A DNA stretch of 64,000 bases from Candidatus Aenigmatarchaeota archaeon (GCA_038998335.1 JAVZHQ010000001.1:1-64000); one strand, 5' to 3'. Positions 1-10,905 are shown, counted from the stretch's first letter. Notes: generated by a model not told the origin, from the sequence alone. Numbers and translations: made by a program.

Positions 1-3000
1 ACACATGGCAGCATGTAGCAGGAAGATATAATCGCACGCACTTAAGCGTTTTTGTAAACGGTGTTGAAAAGTGCACTCAAAGCTTACTTGATTACAACTT
101 CCAACCAGCTTCTACAAACCTTTTGATTGGAAACAACCCTTCTAACGAAAGACAATTTAACGGCACCATAGACGAAGTTAGAATCTGGAACAGAGCTTTA
201 AGCAACGAAGAAATAAAAGCTTCTTACAATTCAGGCTTATATCGCTTGTACAGAAACTTCACTAATTTATCTGATGGTACGTACCAATACTATGCTTATG
301 CTATAGATACCCGAGGAAACGCAAACAAAACAGAAACAAGAACAGTAACAGTAGATACTAAGCCTCCGGAATGGTCTCAGCAGTTCCAATCAACCAATAT
401 ATTAGGGGTAGGAGGTAAAGTTAACTTATCAACTTACTGGATAGATAATGTAGGTTTGGATAAAGCTATTCTATCAACCAACGAAACTGGCTGTGGTCCA
501 ACTCCTTGTTATAATAAAACTTCTATATCATTATCTGGAACTTCAGGCTGGAGTAATTTCACTTGGCAAAACTCCAGTGTTAGAGAAGGAACAGTAATAG
601 CTTGGCGCATTTATGCTAATGATACTTTGAACAATCAAAATGTTACTGACATAATGACTTTTGAAGTTAAGCCAACTTATCTTTTAGTTAATTGGAAAGA
701 AGATTCTCAGATAAATTCAAACATTTGTAATGCTTCCTCACCTTGTAGTATAATTCCAAACTCAGTTTTCAAGGCAAGCGTTGAAGTTACTTGTTATTCT
801 GAAGGTGAAATTGAGGATTGCGGTATTGTTAAGGCTTCTGTGAGGTATAATGAAAGCGGAGTAGAACCAAATAAACTAATAAACACAACTGAAGATGAAC
901 CTTTTTATATTCTCATGAAAAGTAGTAATCCTGTTACAGTAGCAAACGTTTTGGATTATAGTCCTGGTTATGGTCAGATGTTTGGCTACGGAGGCTGTAG
1001 AAATATTTTCTATGACGGTTCGAAATTTTGGATATTTTTTGCAAATAGAACGAGTGGTGCAGAAGGTAAGACTCTTTATTCTTATTCTTTTGACGGAAAA
1101 AATTGGAGCAGTCCAGCTACTCTTGTCCAGATAGCGAGCGACATTTTAATACCCTGTGTTTGGTTTAATGAAACCACGCAAACTGTATATGTCAGCATGA
1201 CGAGTTTTGGTTTTGGTGGTTATGTACGTTTCATAAGAGGAACGATAAATAATACTGTCATAAATTGGGGTAATTTAATAACTGCGGTAGGTGGTTCGGT
1301 TTACAGGAGAGGTACTTTTCCAACTGTTGACTCTTCAGGTTATCCTTGGATCGCTTACTCGGAGTGGAACGATTCCGCTTATAGACCATGGGCAGTTCGC
1401 GCTTCTTCTCAAGATGGTTCTACTTGGTCTTCTCCAACTTTACTCTCTGACGAGGCAGGCAGCGGATACATGTCACCAATTCTTCTACCATTATCAAACA
1501 ATAAAATGTATGCAATATGGTATAGTTATCAAGATTTAGCCTATAAAGGTAAAAAGTATGACGGAGTTTCTTGGGAGTTGACGCCTACGATAATAGATAA
1601 TTCTGTGATAGCACCTAGCGGCTATCAAGGTTATTACGCAACTGTTGTTGAAGATAGAATATATTTTGTCTTCACAGGTAGCGATGGAAGAATTTATGTA
1701 AGAAACTGGACAGAATCACAAGGATGGGGGGATAGGATTGTGCTCGATGACAATACAACTAATGATGCGAAGGTAACCATAACCTCGGATTCAAAGGGTA
1801 ATTTGTTTGTTTTTTGGAACAGAAGCGACACAATTTACTTTAAAAAATATTCTCCTTTTTATGGTTGGGATTCAAAAGCTTCAACACCTTTCGGCACTTC
1901 TTTCAATATAATTAAAGTTTTGAGAAGTTCTCAGTTTGTTGTAGATGGTAAAGTAGGTGTAGCTTGGTTGGAAAATGTTACTTCATCAAGTAATTCAATT
2001 CCTTATCCTATAAGATTTTCATATATAGATGTCGAACCTAATCCTATAACTTGTGGAATTTTAAAAAAAGGAGAGACTTGTCAGGTTTCTTGGGTAATAA
2101 ACGCTACGGGATTAGCAGAGTCGGTTTGGGCTTTGGATGCTAACTTCACTTCTTCAGTCGAAGGAATACCTGAAAATGATACAGATAACGCTTATGTAAA
2201 AATATCTTTTTGCCAGCAATCCATTTCTTCCTGCTCAGACCTTAACCAACCTAATACCTATTACTGCCTAAACCAAAGCATTCTAGGCTCTTCTTCTACA
2301 GCCTGTATAAACATCTCAGCTAATAATATTACCCTAGACTGCCTAGGAAATACAATAGACGGAACAGACGCTTCTAACACATACGGAATCAACATCTCAA
2401 GAAGCTCTTCTCAAGCAACAAACATAACAGTAAAGAACTGCATAGTTACTGACTGGTATTACGGAATCTACTTAAGAAACGCTAATAATAATACTTTTAC
2501 AAACATTACAGCGAGTAGTAACTCTAATTATGGTTTTTATGTTGATAGCAGTTCTAATAATTTGTTAACCAACATAAAAGTTGATAGCAATTATCGTGGT
2601 TTATACCTTTATTCCTCTTCAAACAATATAATAAAAGACTCGATCCTTCAAGAAAATACGAGACACGATTTATTCGTTATCGCAAGCTCAGACTCTCACT
2701 GTAACAACTACTTTGAAAATATTACAGGTTCAGGAGACAAGCCAATAAAATACTTTAACTATTCAGTTAACTTACAAAATGAAGTTTTATCTGCGCTAAT
2801 ACTCTGCAATGCAGATTTTTCAAATATAACAAATGTAACTATAGACGGATCGCCAACTAAAGATAATAACGCACTTTTCGTTACTAGAACAGAAAATTCC
2901 AAGTTCGTAAGAATACAATCATCTGATAATTTAGTGGGCATTTACCTTTTATCAAGCTCCAACAATCAAATAATCGACTCAACTTTAAACTATAATAATG

Positions 3001-6000
3001 CATGGGCAGGAGTGTATCTAGAAAGTTCGAATAACAATACAGTAATCAGTTCAACTTTACATAATAATATGTATGGTATAACTATGGTTTCTAGTTCAAA
3101 CAACACGATAATAAACAGTTCTATAGCATTTTCATCCGATGGCGATTATCATTTTTATTCCGGTGTGTGTTTAGGAAACAACTTTACTAACACAAACTTC
3201 ACTGCTCCAAGAAAAATTTACTTTCAAGCACCATCATCAAATTGGTTCAACTACAATAATAGAACAGATATAGACCTATGGCTAAAAACTTCTGTTTCTT
3301 CTTCAGCAACTCTAACAAGAAACCTCTTCTCCTGGACAAAAGCCTTAATCAAATGGCAAGAGCAATCTTCAACAACAATAACAGCCTATTACAATTTAAC
3401 AGGCCTATATCCAAATACAGAATACAAAATCTACAACGGCTCTGAATTAATCTACACTCAATACACAGACTCCCAAGGAAACCTAGAATTCAACTTAACT
3501 ATAACAACAACATCAAGAAACATTACAGTACAATACCAAAACTGCGAAGAAGTTATTTACTACTTGCCTTATACCATAAACAAAAACAACACTTATTATT
3601 GCTTAGAATCAGATAAATACATACCAGACCAAACTGCCATAACTTTTGCTTCAGGAACTCAAAACTCAACATTAGACTGTCTAGGTTATAATATTAGTAA
3701 CGCCATGAGTAATTATGGTATATACTTAGCAGGTTCGACTACGAAAAACAACACAATTAAAAACTGCAATGTAGAACACTTTAATATAGGTTTTTACATT
3801 TTCTCGTCATCTAATAATACTTTCCTCAACAACTCTGCACAATTAAACTATAATGGTTTCTATCTCAACTCAAGTTCCAACAACACTTTCCTCAACAACT
3901 CTGCAATTTTCAACATTAATTTCGGTTTCTATCTTAACTCAAGTTCCAACAACACTTTCATAAGCAACACTGCAAACTCAAACTATCATGGCTTCTACCT
4001 CGATTACAGCTCAAACAATATTTTTACAAACAACTCAGCCAACTCAAACTCTCGTGGCTTCTACCTCTACTCCAGCTCCAACAACACTTTCATAAACAAC
4101 TCAGCCAACTCAAACTCTTATGGTTTCTTCCTCGTTTCCAGCTCCTATAATGCTATAATAAATAGTAGTGCAAATGCTAACTACGATGGAATTTATGTTT
4201 TATTTTCATCCTACGTTACAATTGAAAATACAATCGCCAATAATAATACAGATGATGGAATCGAACTTGCCGATGAGACATACAATTCTACCTTGATTAA
4301 TAGTACGATGAAATTTAATAAAATAGGTATTCATTTAAGGATCAATAAAGATAACAATATAACTGGAGGGTCGATAGATTCTAACACTCTATACGATTAC
4401 TATTTAGACGATACAGAGGGAATGAACTTTTTCAGGGATACGAACTTTACTAGTTTGAGAAAAATCCGTTTTGATAAGGTGGACGAATGGTTCAATTATA
4501 ACAACAGAACTGATTTAGAACTATGGCTAAAAACTTCTGTTTCTTCTCCAGCAACTCTAACAAGAAACCTCTTCTCCTGGACAAAAGCCTTAATCAAATG
4601 GCAAGAGCAATCTTCCACAACAATAACAGCCTATTACAATTTAACAGGCCTGTATCCAAATACAGAATACAAAATCTACAACGGCTCTGAATTAATCTAC
4701 ACTCAATACACAGACTCCCAAGGAAACCTAGAATTCAACTTAACTATAACAACAACATCAAGAAACATTACAGTACAATACCAAAACTGCGAAGAAGTTA
4801 TTTACTACTTGCCTTATACCATAAACAAAAACAACACTTATTATTGCTTAGAATCAGATAAATACATACCAGACCAAACTGCCATAACCTTTGCTTCAGG
4901 AACTCAAAACTCAACATTAGACTGCCTAGGCTTCAACATCACTAGTAACAAAACTACTAACACTTACGGCATATACTTAACTGGCTCAAACACGAAAAAC
5001 AACACTATCAAGAACTGTATAATAAGCAATTTCTATCATGGCTTCTACCTCGACTCCAGCTCCAACAACACTTTCATCAATAATGCTGCCAACTCCAACT
5101 ATAATTATGGTTTCTTCATCTATTACTACTCCAACTATAATACTTTCATAAACAACACAGCCAACTCAAACTCTCGTGGCTTCTACCTCAACTACTACTC
5201 CAACTACAACACTCTTATAAACAACTCAGCCAACTCAAACATTTATGGCTTCTATCTCTCCTTCAGCTCCAACAACTCTTTAATAAACAACTCAGCCAAC
5301 TCCAACTCTAATATTGGCTTCTACCTCTCCTCCAGCTCCAACTACAACTCTTTTATAAACAACATAGCCAACTCAAACATTTATGGCTTCTATCTCTCCT
5401 CCAGCTCCAACTACAACTCTTTAATAAACAACTCAGCCAACTTCGACTCTGATATTGGCTTCTACCTCGAGTACAGCTCCAACAACTCTTTAATAAACAA
5501 CTCAGCCAACTCCAACTCTCTTGGCTTCTACCTCCTCTTCAGCTCCAACAACTCTTTAATAAACAACTCAGCCAACTCCAACTCTAATATTGGCTTCTAC
5601 CTCGAAGAAAGCTCTTACAACACTTTAATAAACAATACCATAACTTCCTACCATAATTCAACCCATCATCAACAAGGCCTTTTCATCGAAGGCTCTTCCA
5701 TCTCCCATTTCTACCAAAACATCTCAGAATCAAACCTAATAAACAACAAGCCAATACTCTACCAAGACAGTATTTATAATTCTTGCACTAACAACACTAT
5801 ATTCACAAACGGCTCCTCCTATAGCTACATTGGCTTTGTTAACTGTTTTAACATAACAGTAAAAGATTCTTCCCCTTCCGAATCAATACTACTAGCAGGA
5901 ACTAACAACTCAACAATCTCAAACCTAAACATTTCTTACTCTCAATATCCTTTCTACTTATTCTCTTCTAGTTATAATACTCTTATAAACAACTCAGCCA

Positions 6001-9000
6001 ACTCCAACTCTCTTGGCTTCTACCTCATCTCCAGCTCCAACAACTCTTTAATAAACAACTCAGCCAACTTCGACTCTGATATTGGCTTCTACCTCGAGTA
6101 CAGCTCCAACAACTCTTTAATAAACAACTCAGCCAACTCAAACATTTATGGCTTCTACCTCATCTCCAACTCCAACTACAACTCTTTTATAAACAACATA
6201 GCCAACTCCAACTCTCTTGGCTTCTACCTCCTCTTCAGCTCCAACAACTCTTTAATAAACAACTCAGCCAACTCAAACATTTATGGCTTCTACCTCATCT
6301 CCAACTCCAACTACAACTCTTTAATAAACAACTCAGCCAACTCCAACTCTCTTGGCTTCTACCTCGACTACAGCTCCAACAACTCTTTAATAAACAACTC
6401 AGCCAACTCAAACATTTATGGCTTCTCCCTTCTCTTCAACTCCAACAATACTCTAACTTCCAACCTAATCTCTTCTTCTCTTATATCTCCGGTAAACGGC
6501 TCAAAGATGTGGCACTCAGGTTCAGCAGACAACTTAAACTCTTACTTGAACAGAACCTTTGACTTGACAAGCGTTTCCTCCGCAACCCTTTACTTCTCTC
6601 ACTTTTACGCAACAGAGCCTGAGTACGATGGAGGAAGGCTCGAATTCTTCAACTCTTCTTCAAATGATTGGGAAATCCTATACCCAGAAGAAGGTTATCC
6701 TTATAATTATGTTGAAGCTTTAGAAGGACCTGGATACTCAGGCTCTAGCCAAGGTTGGAAGCTTGCAAAGTTTAACCTAACAAGCTTAACAGGAAAAGTA
6801 ATAACGATAAGGTTTATATTTAAATCTAATTCTTGGCTATTCTTCAGAAACTGGCTTATAGATAACATCTCAATCCCAGAGATAAACTTTTTCGACCCAG
6901 CAGAAGAAATAAACCAATGGAACTACTCAGGCTTCTACTTAACTGAATCCCTTCTTCTCTCGCTATACGGAATCTACCTTCACTACTCTGATAATAACCT
7001 AATAAACGATTCGATAATCTCAACAAACGATTACGGAATCTACTTATCTTCTTCACAAAACAACCTAATCTATAATAATTTATTCAACAACACAATAAAC
7101 TTCTACTTTTCAGGAACAATTTATTCCAACTACTGGAACACTACTAAGCAAGAAGGAAAAAGAATCTACTCTGCTGGAAATGAAATAGGCGGTAATTACT
7201 GGACAAATTTCACTAATAACGGCTATTCTGATACTTGTGCTGATAACAATAAAGATGGATTTTGCGATGAACCTTACACTTTAGCAAGTAATAACATAGA
7301 CTACTTACCATTAAGCAACAAATATCCAGCTTATTGCGATATATTTATTTCTTCCTGCTCAGAATTAACTCAACCAAATACTTATTACTGCCTTAACCAA
7401 AATGTTTCCAGTTCAGATACCTGCTTCAACATAAAAGCTGGTAATATAACCTTAGACTGTCAGGGCTATACTATTAACTATTCTCAATCTTCAACAGGCT
7501 ATGCAATAAACAACTCAGCAGGCTATGATTACATAACAATAAAAAACTGTAATATCGTTCAAGGCAATTTAAGCATTTCATATGCTTATGCCATCTATGC
7601 CTCAGGAATGGTTAATAGCTATATCTATAACAACACTATCTCAACTTCTGGCGACTATGGCTACGGCATATTTCTTTCCTCAAGTTCTAATAATAATATT
7701 CTATCAAACAACACTATCTCAACTTCTGGCAACTATGGCTACGGCATATTTCTTTCCTCAAGTTCTAATAATAATATTCTATCAAACAATAACATTTCAA
7801 CTTTTGGCAACCATGGCCGTGGCATATATCTTTACTCCAGCTCCAACAACACTCTCTCAAACAACAGAATGAACACAAGCTCAACAAACAGCCTTGTTGT
7901 TTACGGAACTTCTTCAAGCCATTTCAACCATAGCATAGATACTACCAACCTAGCAGAAGGCTTACCAATATACTACTGCTTCAACTGCAATAATATCATA
8001 ATGCAAAACCAAGACTATTCAAACACCTACGGCCAGATAATATTTGCCTGGTCTACTAACGTTACTTTAAACAATATCACTATGTCAAACGACGGCTTAA
8101 ACTTCTTTAATGTTACTCACAGCAAAATAATTAATAGTATAATAAACACGAGCAAAGGCTACGGCATATTTCTTTACTCAAGTTCTAATAATAACACTCT
8201 CTCAAACAACACTATCTCAACTTCTGGCAACTATGGCTACGGCATATTTCTTTACTCAAGTTCTAATAATAATATTCTATCAAACAATAACATTTCAACT
8301 TTTGGCAACCATGGTCGTGGCATATTTCTTTACTCAAGTTCTAATAATAATATTCTATCAAACAATAACATTTCAACTTTTGGCAGCTCTGGCCGTGGCA
8401 TATATCTTTACTCCAGCTCCAACAACACTCTCTCAAACAACACTATCTCAACTTCTGGCAACTATGGCTACGGCATATTTCTTTACTCCAGCTCCAACAA
8501 CAACACTCTCTCAAACAACAATGTAATTACATCTTCTTCTACTTCTGCTCACGCTATCCCTATTAACTCTTCCTTTTCCAACAGCATAATAGGAGGCTCT
8601 TACATTGCTAAAGGAGGAGGAACTTCTTACGACTATTACTTACAAGGTACTTCTTCAAACAACAACTTTACTAACACAAACTTTACTGCACCAAGAACTA
8701 TCTACTTCTACGATACTACAAGCTGGTTCAACTACAATAACAGAACAGATTTAGAACTATGGCTAAAAACTTCTGTTTCTTCTTCAGCAACAATAACAAG
8801 AAAGCTAATTTCCTGGGAAAAATCCTTAATGATATGGAACGATTCTTCTTCATCAGCAATAACAGCTTTCTACAACATTTCTGGTCTAAACCCAAACAAA
8901 TACTATTTAATCTACAACAACTCAGTTTTAACTTACACTTTACAATCAGATTCTTCTGGCTCACTAAGCTTTACAATCTACCTATCAGGAGAAAGTGAAA

Positions 9001-10658
9001 TAAAAGTTCAAGAAGAAGCTCCTCAATACTCAAACAACAAAACTTTTCCGATAAGTCCAACTATTTACGAGCAAGGTAAAACATACCAATTCAACATTAC
9101 TTGTACAGACAATTCAGGAATAACAAGCGCTTGGCTTACTTTTAACGGTACAATTTATCAAATGAGCAATCAAAGCAGCGAATATTACATAACTTTAGCA
9201 GATTTGCCAGCAGGCAGTTATTATTACAACTTTACTTGCAACGACACTTTTGGAATTACTAACACTACTCCTACTCTGCTTTATAAAATAGAAAAAGCCA
9301 AACCAGTTTTAACAATAAGCAATGCTACCTATTCAGTAAACACTTCAGGCTTAGTCGGCTATTGGCGCTTCGAAGAAGGTTCTGGAAATCTGGCAAAAGA
9401 TTCTTCTGGTTACGATAACGACGGGACTTTATACAACAACCCAACTTGGCAAGAAGGAAGGTTTGGAAATGCTTTAAGGTTTAACTCAACAAACTACGTA
9501 GAAATTCCTAACTCATCTGTTTTTAATATAACAGAAGAAATGAGTGTAGAGGCTTGGATATATCCTGACGAACAGCAACCCACAGGAGGAAGCAACCAAA
9601 TAGTTCAGAGGTTAGATTGGACAAACTACAAAGGGTTTTTCTTGAGAGAAGGTTACCAATCAAACCATATTGTTACTTTCTACGTTGCAAACGGAACTAG
9701 TTGGGTTTCTGTTTCTTACCAAATTTCTCCAGGAAAATGGTATCATATAGTAGGAACTGTTAAAGCTAACGATAAAATAAGACTTTATGTTAACGGAAGT
9801 CTGGTAGCAGAAAAATCTTTCCTTGGAAAAATTGTTCAAGAAACAAATAAAAATATAAGAATAGGTTATGAGTTTTCTGGTGCTGCTTTTAACGGAACAA
9901 TAGACGAAGTAAGAATTTGGAATAGGAGCTTAACCGCAGATGAGATAAAAATGCTCTACGAAAGTCAAGTAACCTACAAAACTCAAACAAACTTCTCCTG
10001 CTTTTCTAATACTCAGCAAGTAACTCCAAGCTTGTACAGAAATACTACTTTAGTAAGCAATCCGGACGTTCAGAACTTAACAGCTGGCTATTATTATTAC
10101 TTATGCAACGCAAGCGAAACCCAAAACTATACTCAATCAGCAATTCTTGCTCCTTTGAAAGTAAGCCCAGGCTTCATAAGCCTAACGTTTTCACCAGAGC
10201 TAACAAAAGGAATATTCTACACTAACTTAACAGGTTCTTCCCTTAACATCCAGTTTAACGTTGACATTAACGCTTGGAACAATGCAACCTGGAATTATAA
10301 TGCAACAGACAAAAAAACAGAATACTGGATAAGAAATGATGGAACTTACGAAGTAGACATTTGCCAAAAAGCAAGCTCAAACATGCTTTGCTACGATGAA
10401 TGTGCCAATCCAAGCTACGAAATCTACATAGGAAACGTTTCATGGAGCAACTCAACTTATAATAACGCAACTCACCCAAGCTTTTCCACTCTTTATCCAT
10501 TAACTCTAGACTATTCACAAAACAAATCAGCCTATAGCTTGGCTCCTGGCCAATACCTTTACTTAAGGTTTTGGTTCTTTGTTCCTCCTTACGTTCCTTC
10601 GGGCAAGTATAATACTTCTATAATTTTCAAGGCTGTGGAGGCTGGTCAATTATGTTAG
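1..10658 (+). CDS. Giant surface/adhesin protein, 5'-truncated (>3550 aa): LamG, Asp-box beta-propeller, several NosD/CASH-type parallel beta-helix blocks, inserted jelly-roll domain, second LamG, C-terminal domain shared with neighbouring small proteins
   Basis: Frame is open from base 3 (TWQHVAGRYNRTHLSVFVNG...), so the start lies upstream of the window. LamG motif FNGTIDEVRIWNR occurs twice; Asp-box-like SFDGKNWS and SQDGSTWS; many GFYLxxSSNNxxxNNSAN repeats; dense N-x-S/T sequons. Confidence 0.9.
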   Translation, partial: TWQHVAGRYNRTHLSVFVNGVEKCTQSLLDYNFQPASTNLLIGNNPSNERQFNGTIDEVRIWNRALSNEEIKASYNSGLYRLYRNFTNLSDGTYQYYAYAIDTRGNANKTETRTVTVDTKPPEWSQQFQSTNILGVGGKVNLSTYWIDNVGLDKAILSTNETGCGPTPCYNKTSISLSGTSGWSNFTWQNSSVREGTVIAWRIYANDTLNNQNVTDIMTFEVKPTYLLVNWKEDSQINSNICNASSPCSIIPNSVFKASVEVTCYSEGEIEDCGIVKASVRYNESGVEPNKLINTTEDEPFYILMKSSNPVTVANVLDYSPGYGQMFGYGGCRNIFYDGSKFWIFFANRTSGAEGKTLYSYSFDGKNWSSPATLVQIASDILIPCVWFNETTQTVYVSMTSFGFGGYVRFIRGTINNTVINWGNLITAVGGSVYRRGTFPTVDSSGYPWIAYSEWNDSAYRPWAVRASSQDGSTWSSPTLLSDEAGSGYMSPILLPLSNNKMYAIWYSYQDLAYKGKKYDGVSWELTPTIIDNSVIAPSGYQGYYATVVEDRIYFVFTGSDGRIYVRNWTESQGWGDRIVLDDNTTNDAKVTITSDSKGNLFVFWNRSDTIYFKKYSPFYGWDSKASTPFGTSFNIIKVLRSSQFVVDGKVGVAWLENVTSSSNSIPYPIRFSYIDVEPNPITCGILKKGETCQVSWVINATGLAESVWALDANFTSSVEGIPENDTDNAYVKISFCQQSISSCSDLNQPNTYYCLNQSILGSSSTACINISANNITLDCLGNTIDGTDASNTYGINISRSSSQATNITVKNCIVTDWYYGIYLRNANNNTFTNITASSNSNYGFYVDSSSNNLLTNIKVDSNYRGLYLYSSSNNIIKDSILQENTRHDLFVIASSDSHCNNYFENITGSGDKPIKYFNYSVNLQNEVLSALILCNADFSNITNVTIDGSPTKDNNALFVTRTENSKFVRIQSSDNLVGIYLLSSSNNQIIDSTLNYNNAWAGVYLESSNNNTVISSTLHNNMYGITMVSSSNNTIINSSIAFSSDGDYHFYSGVCLGNNFTNTNFTAPRKIYFQAPSSNWFNYNNRTDIDLWLKTSVSSSATLTRNLFSWTKALIKWQEQSSTTITAYYNLTGLYPNTEYKIYNGSELIYTQYTDSQGNLEFNLTITTTSRNITVQYQNCEEVIYYLPYTINKNNTYYCLESDKYIPDQTAITFASGTQNSTLDCLGYNISNAMSNYGIYLAGSTTKNNTIKNCNVEHFNIGFYIFSSSNNTFLNNSAQLNYNGFYLNSSSNNTFLNNSAIFNINFGFYLNSSSNNTFISNTANSNYHGFYLDYSSNNIFTNNSANSNSRGFYLYSSSNNTFINNSANSNSYGFFLVSSSYNAIINSSANANYDGIYVLFSSYVTIENTIANNNTDDGIELADETYNSTLINSTMKFNKIGIHLRINKDNNITGGSIDSNTLYDYYLDDTEGMNFFRDTNFTSLRKIRFDKVDEWFNYNNRTDLELWLKTSVSSPATLTRNLFSWTKALIKWQEQSSTTITAYYNLTGLYPNTEYKIYNGSELIYTQYTDSQGNLEFNLTITTTSRNITVQYQNCEEVIYYLPYTINKNNTYYCLESDKYIPDQTAITFASGTQNSTLDCLGFNITSNKTTNTYGIYLTGSNTKNNTIKNCIISNFYHGFYLDSSSNNTFINNAANSNYNYGFFIYYYSNYNTFINNTANSNSRGFYLNYYSNYNTLINNSANSNIYGFYLSFSSNNSLINNSANSNSNIGFYLSSSSNYNSFINNIANSNIYGFYLSSSSNYNSLINNSANFDSDIGFYLEYSSNNSLINNSANSNSLGFYLLFSSNNSLINNSANSNSNIGFYLEESSYNTLINNTITSYHNSTHHQQGLFIEGSSISHFYQNISESNLINNKPILYQDSIYNSCTNNTIFTNGSSYSYIGFVNCFNITVKDSSPSESILLAGTNNSTISNLNISYSQYPFYLFSSSYNTLINNSANSNSLGFYLISSSNNSLINNSANFDSDIGFYLEYSSNNSLINNSANSNIYGFYLISNSNYNSFINNIANSNSLGFYLLFSSNNSLINNSANSNIYGFYLISNSNYNSLINNSANSNSLGFYLDYSSNNSLINNSANSNIYGFSLLFNSNNTLTSNLISSSLISPVNGSKMWHSGSADNLNSYLNRTFDLTSVSSATLYFSHFYATEPEYDGGRLEFFNSSSNDWEILYPEEGYPYNYVEALEGPGYSGSSQGWKLAKFNLTSLTGKVITIRFIFKSNSWLFFRNWLIDNISIPEINFFDPAEEINQWNYSGFYLTESLLLSLYGIYLHYSDNNLINDSIISTNDYGIYLSSSQNNLIYNNLFNNTINFYFSGTIYSNYWNTTKQEGKRIYSAGNEIGGNYWTNFTNNGYSDTCADNNKDGFCDEPYTLASNNIDYLPLSNKYPAYCDIFISSCSELTQPNTYYCLNQNVSSSDTCFNIKAGNITLDCQGYTINYSQSSTGYAINNSAGYDYITIKNCNIVQGNLSISYAYAIYASGMVNSYIYNNTISTSGDYGYGIFLSSSSNNNILSNNTISTSGNYGYGIFLSSSSNNNILSNNNISTFGNHGRGIYLYSSSNNTLSNNRMNTSSTNSLVVYGTSSSHFNHSIDTTNLAEGLPIYYCFNCNNIIMQNQDYSNTYGQIIFAWSTNVTLNNITMSNDGLNFFNVTHSKIINSIINTSKGYGIFLYSSSNNNTLSNNTISTSGNYGYGIFLYSSSNNNILSNNNISTFGNHGRGIFLYSSSNNNILSNNNISTFGSSGRGIYLYSSSNNTLSNNTISTSGNYGYGIFLYSSSNNNTLSNNNVITSSSTSAHAIPINSSFSNSIIGGSYIAKGGGTSYDYYLQGTSSNNNFTNTNFTAPRTIYFYDTTSWFNYNNRTDLELWLKTSVSSSATITRKLISWEKSLMIWNDSSSSAITAFYNISGLNPNKYYLIYNNSVLTYTLQSDSSGSLSFTIYLSGESEIKVQEEAPQYSNNKTFPISPTIYEQGKTYQFNITCTDNSGITSAWLTFNGTIYQMSNQSSEYYITLADLPAGSYYYNFTCNDTFGITNTTPTLLYKIEKAKPVLTISNATYSVNTSGLVGYWRFEEGSGNLAKDSSGYDNDGTLYNNPTWQEGRFGNALRFNSTNYVEIPNSSVFNITEEMSVEAWIYPDEQQPTGGSNQIVQRLDWTNYKGFFLREGYQSNHIVTFYVANGTSWVSVSYQISPGKWYHIVGTVKANDKIRLYVNGSLVAEKSFLGKIVQETNKNIRIGYEFSGAAFNGTIDEVRIWNRSLTADEIKMLYESQVTYKTQTNFSCFSNTQQVTPSLYRNTTLVSNPDVQNLTAGYYYYLCNASETQNYTQSAILAPLKVSPGFISLTFSPELTKGIFYTNLTGSSLNIQFNVDINAWNNATWNYNATDKKTEYWIRNDGTYEVDICQKASSNMLCYDECANPSYEIYIGNVSWSNSTYNNATHPSFSTLYPLTLDYSQNKSAYSLAPGQYLYLRFWFFVPPYVPSGKYNTSIIFKAVEAGQLC
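3276..3685 (+). repeat. ~410-bp in-frame direct repeat, copy 1 (copy 2 at 4521-4930; short third copy near 8724-8802)
   Basis: ctatggctaaaaacttctgtttc...attagactg(t/c)ctagg recurs at offset 1245 bp; five substitutions counted by eye. Confidence 0.95.
4521..4930 (+). repeat. ~410-bp in-frame direct repeat, copy 2
   Basis: Near-identical to 3276-3685. Confidence 0.95.
5040..6450 (+). repeat. Two blocks (~5040-5620 and ~5985-6450) of 66-72-bp coding tandem repeats encoding beta-helix rungs
   Basis: Recurrent ataaacaactcagccaactc...ggcttctacctc...agctccaacaactcttta units. Confidence 0.9.
7628..8520 (+). repeat. Second family of 69-72-bp coding tandem repeats (~7628-7865 and ~8157-8520)
   Basis: Recurrent aacaacactatctcaacttctggcaactatggctacggcatatttcttt and tcaagttctaataataatattctatcaaacaa units. 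Confidence 0.9.
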
Positions 10659-10861
10659 AAATAGAAGAAAAAATTTTAGAAACAATAAAGCAAAACCCAG
10701 AGGGGTTAACCATAATGGAAATCTCAAGAAAGCTTGGTATTCATAGAAATACCGTTTCTAAATATGTCTTTGCTTTAGCTAAGGCAGGAATAATAGAGCA
10801 AAGGAGAATAGGAAAAGTGGCTTTATGTTATTTTAGAAAAAAATTTTTCCAGATTTTATAA
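10652..10861 (+). CDS. Small winged helix-turn-helix protein
   Basis: GLTIMEISRKLGIHRNTVSKYVFALAKAGII HTH pattern; overlaps the giant gene's stop. Confidence 0.85.
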   Translation: MLEIEEKILETIKQNPEGLTIMEISRKLGIHRNTVSKYVFALAKAGIIEQRRIGKVALCYFRKKFFQIL

Positions 10862-10905
10862 AATGGAACAAAAAGAATTAAGCAAGAAAAGCAAAATTCT
10901 TTACT

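Noticed and set aside
5040-6450. Regularly spaced repeats as a CRISPR array
   Set aside because: They lie in an open frame, have codon-multiple periods, lack unique spacers, and no cas genes are present.
5040-8520. AAC-rich repeats as a diversity-generating retroelement template/variable pair
   Set aside because: No reverse transcriptase in the window, all copies are in-frame coding rungs, and differences are not restricted to adenines (for example tcc versus ttc).
7582-8526. Alternative-frame ORFs 7582-7872 and 8233-8526 with repeated QLLATMA motifs
   Set aside because: Shadow translations of the coding repeats in the giant gene.
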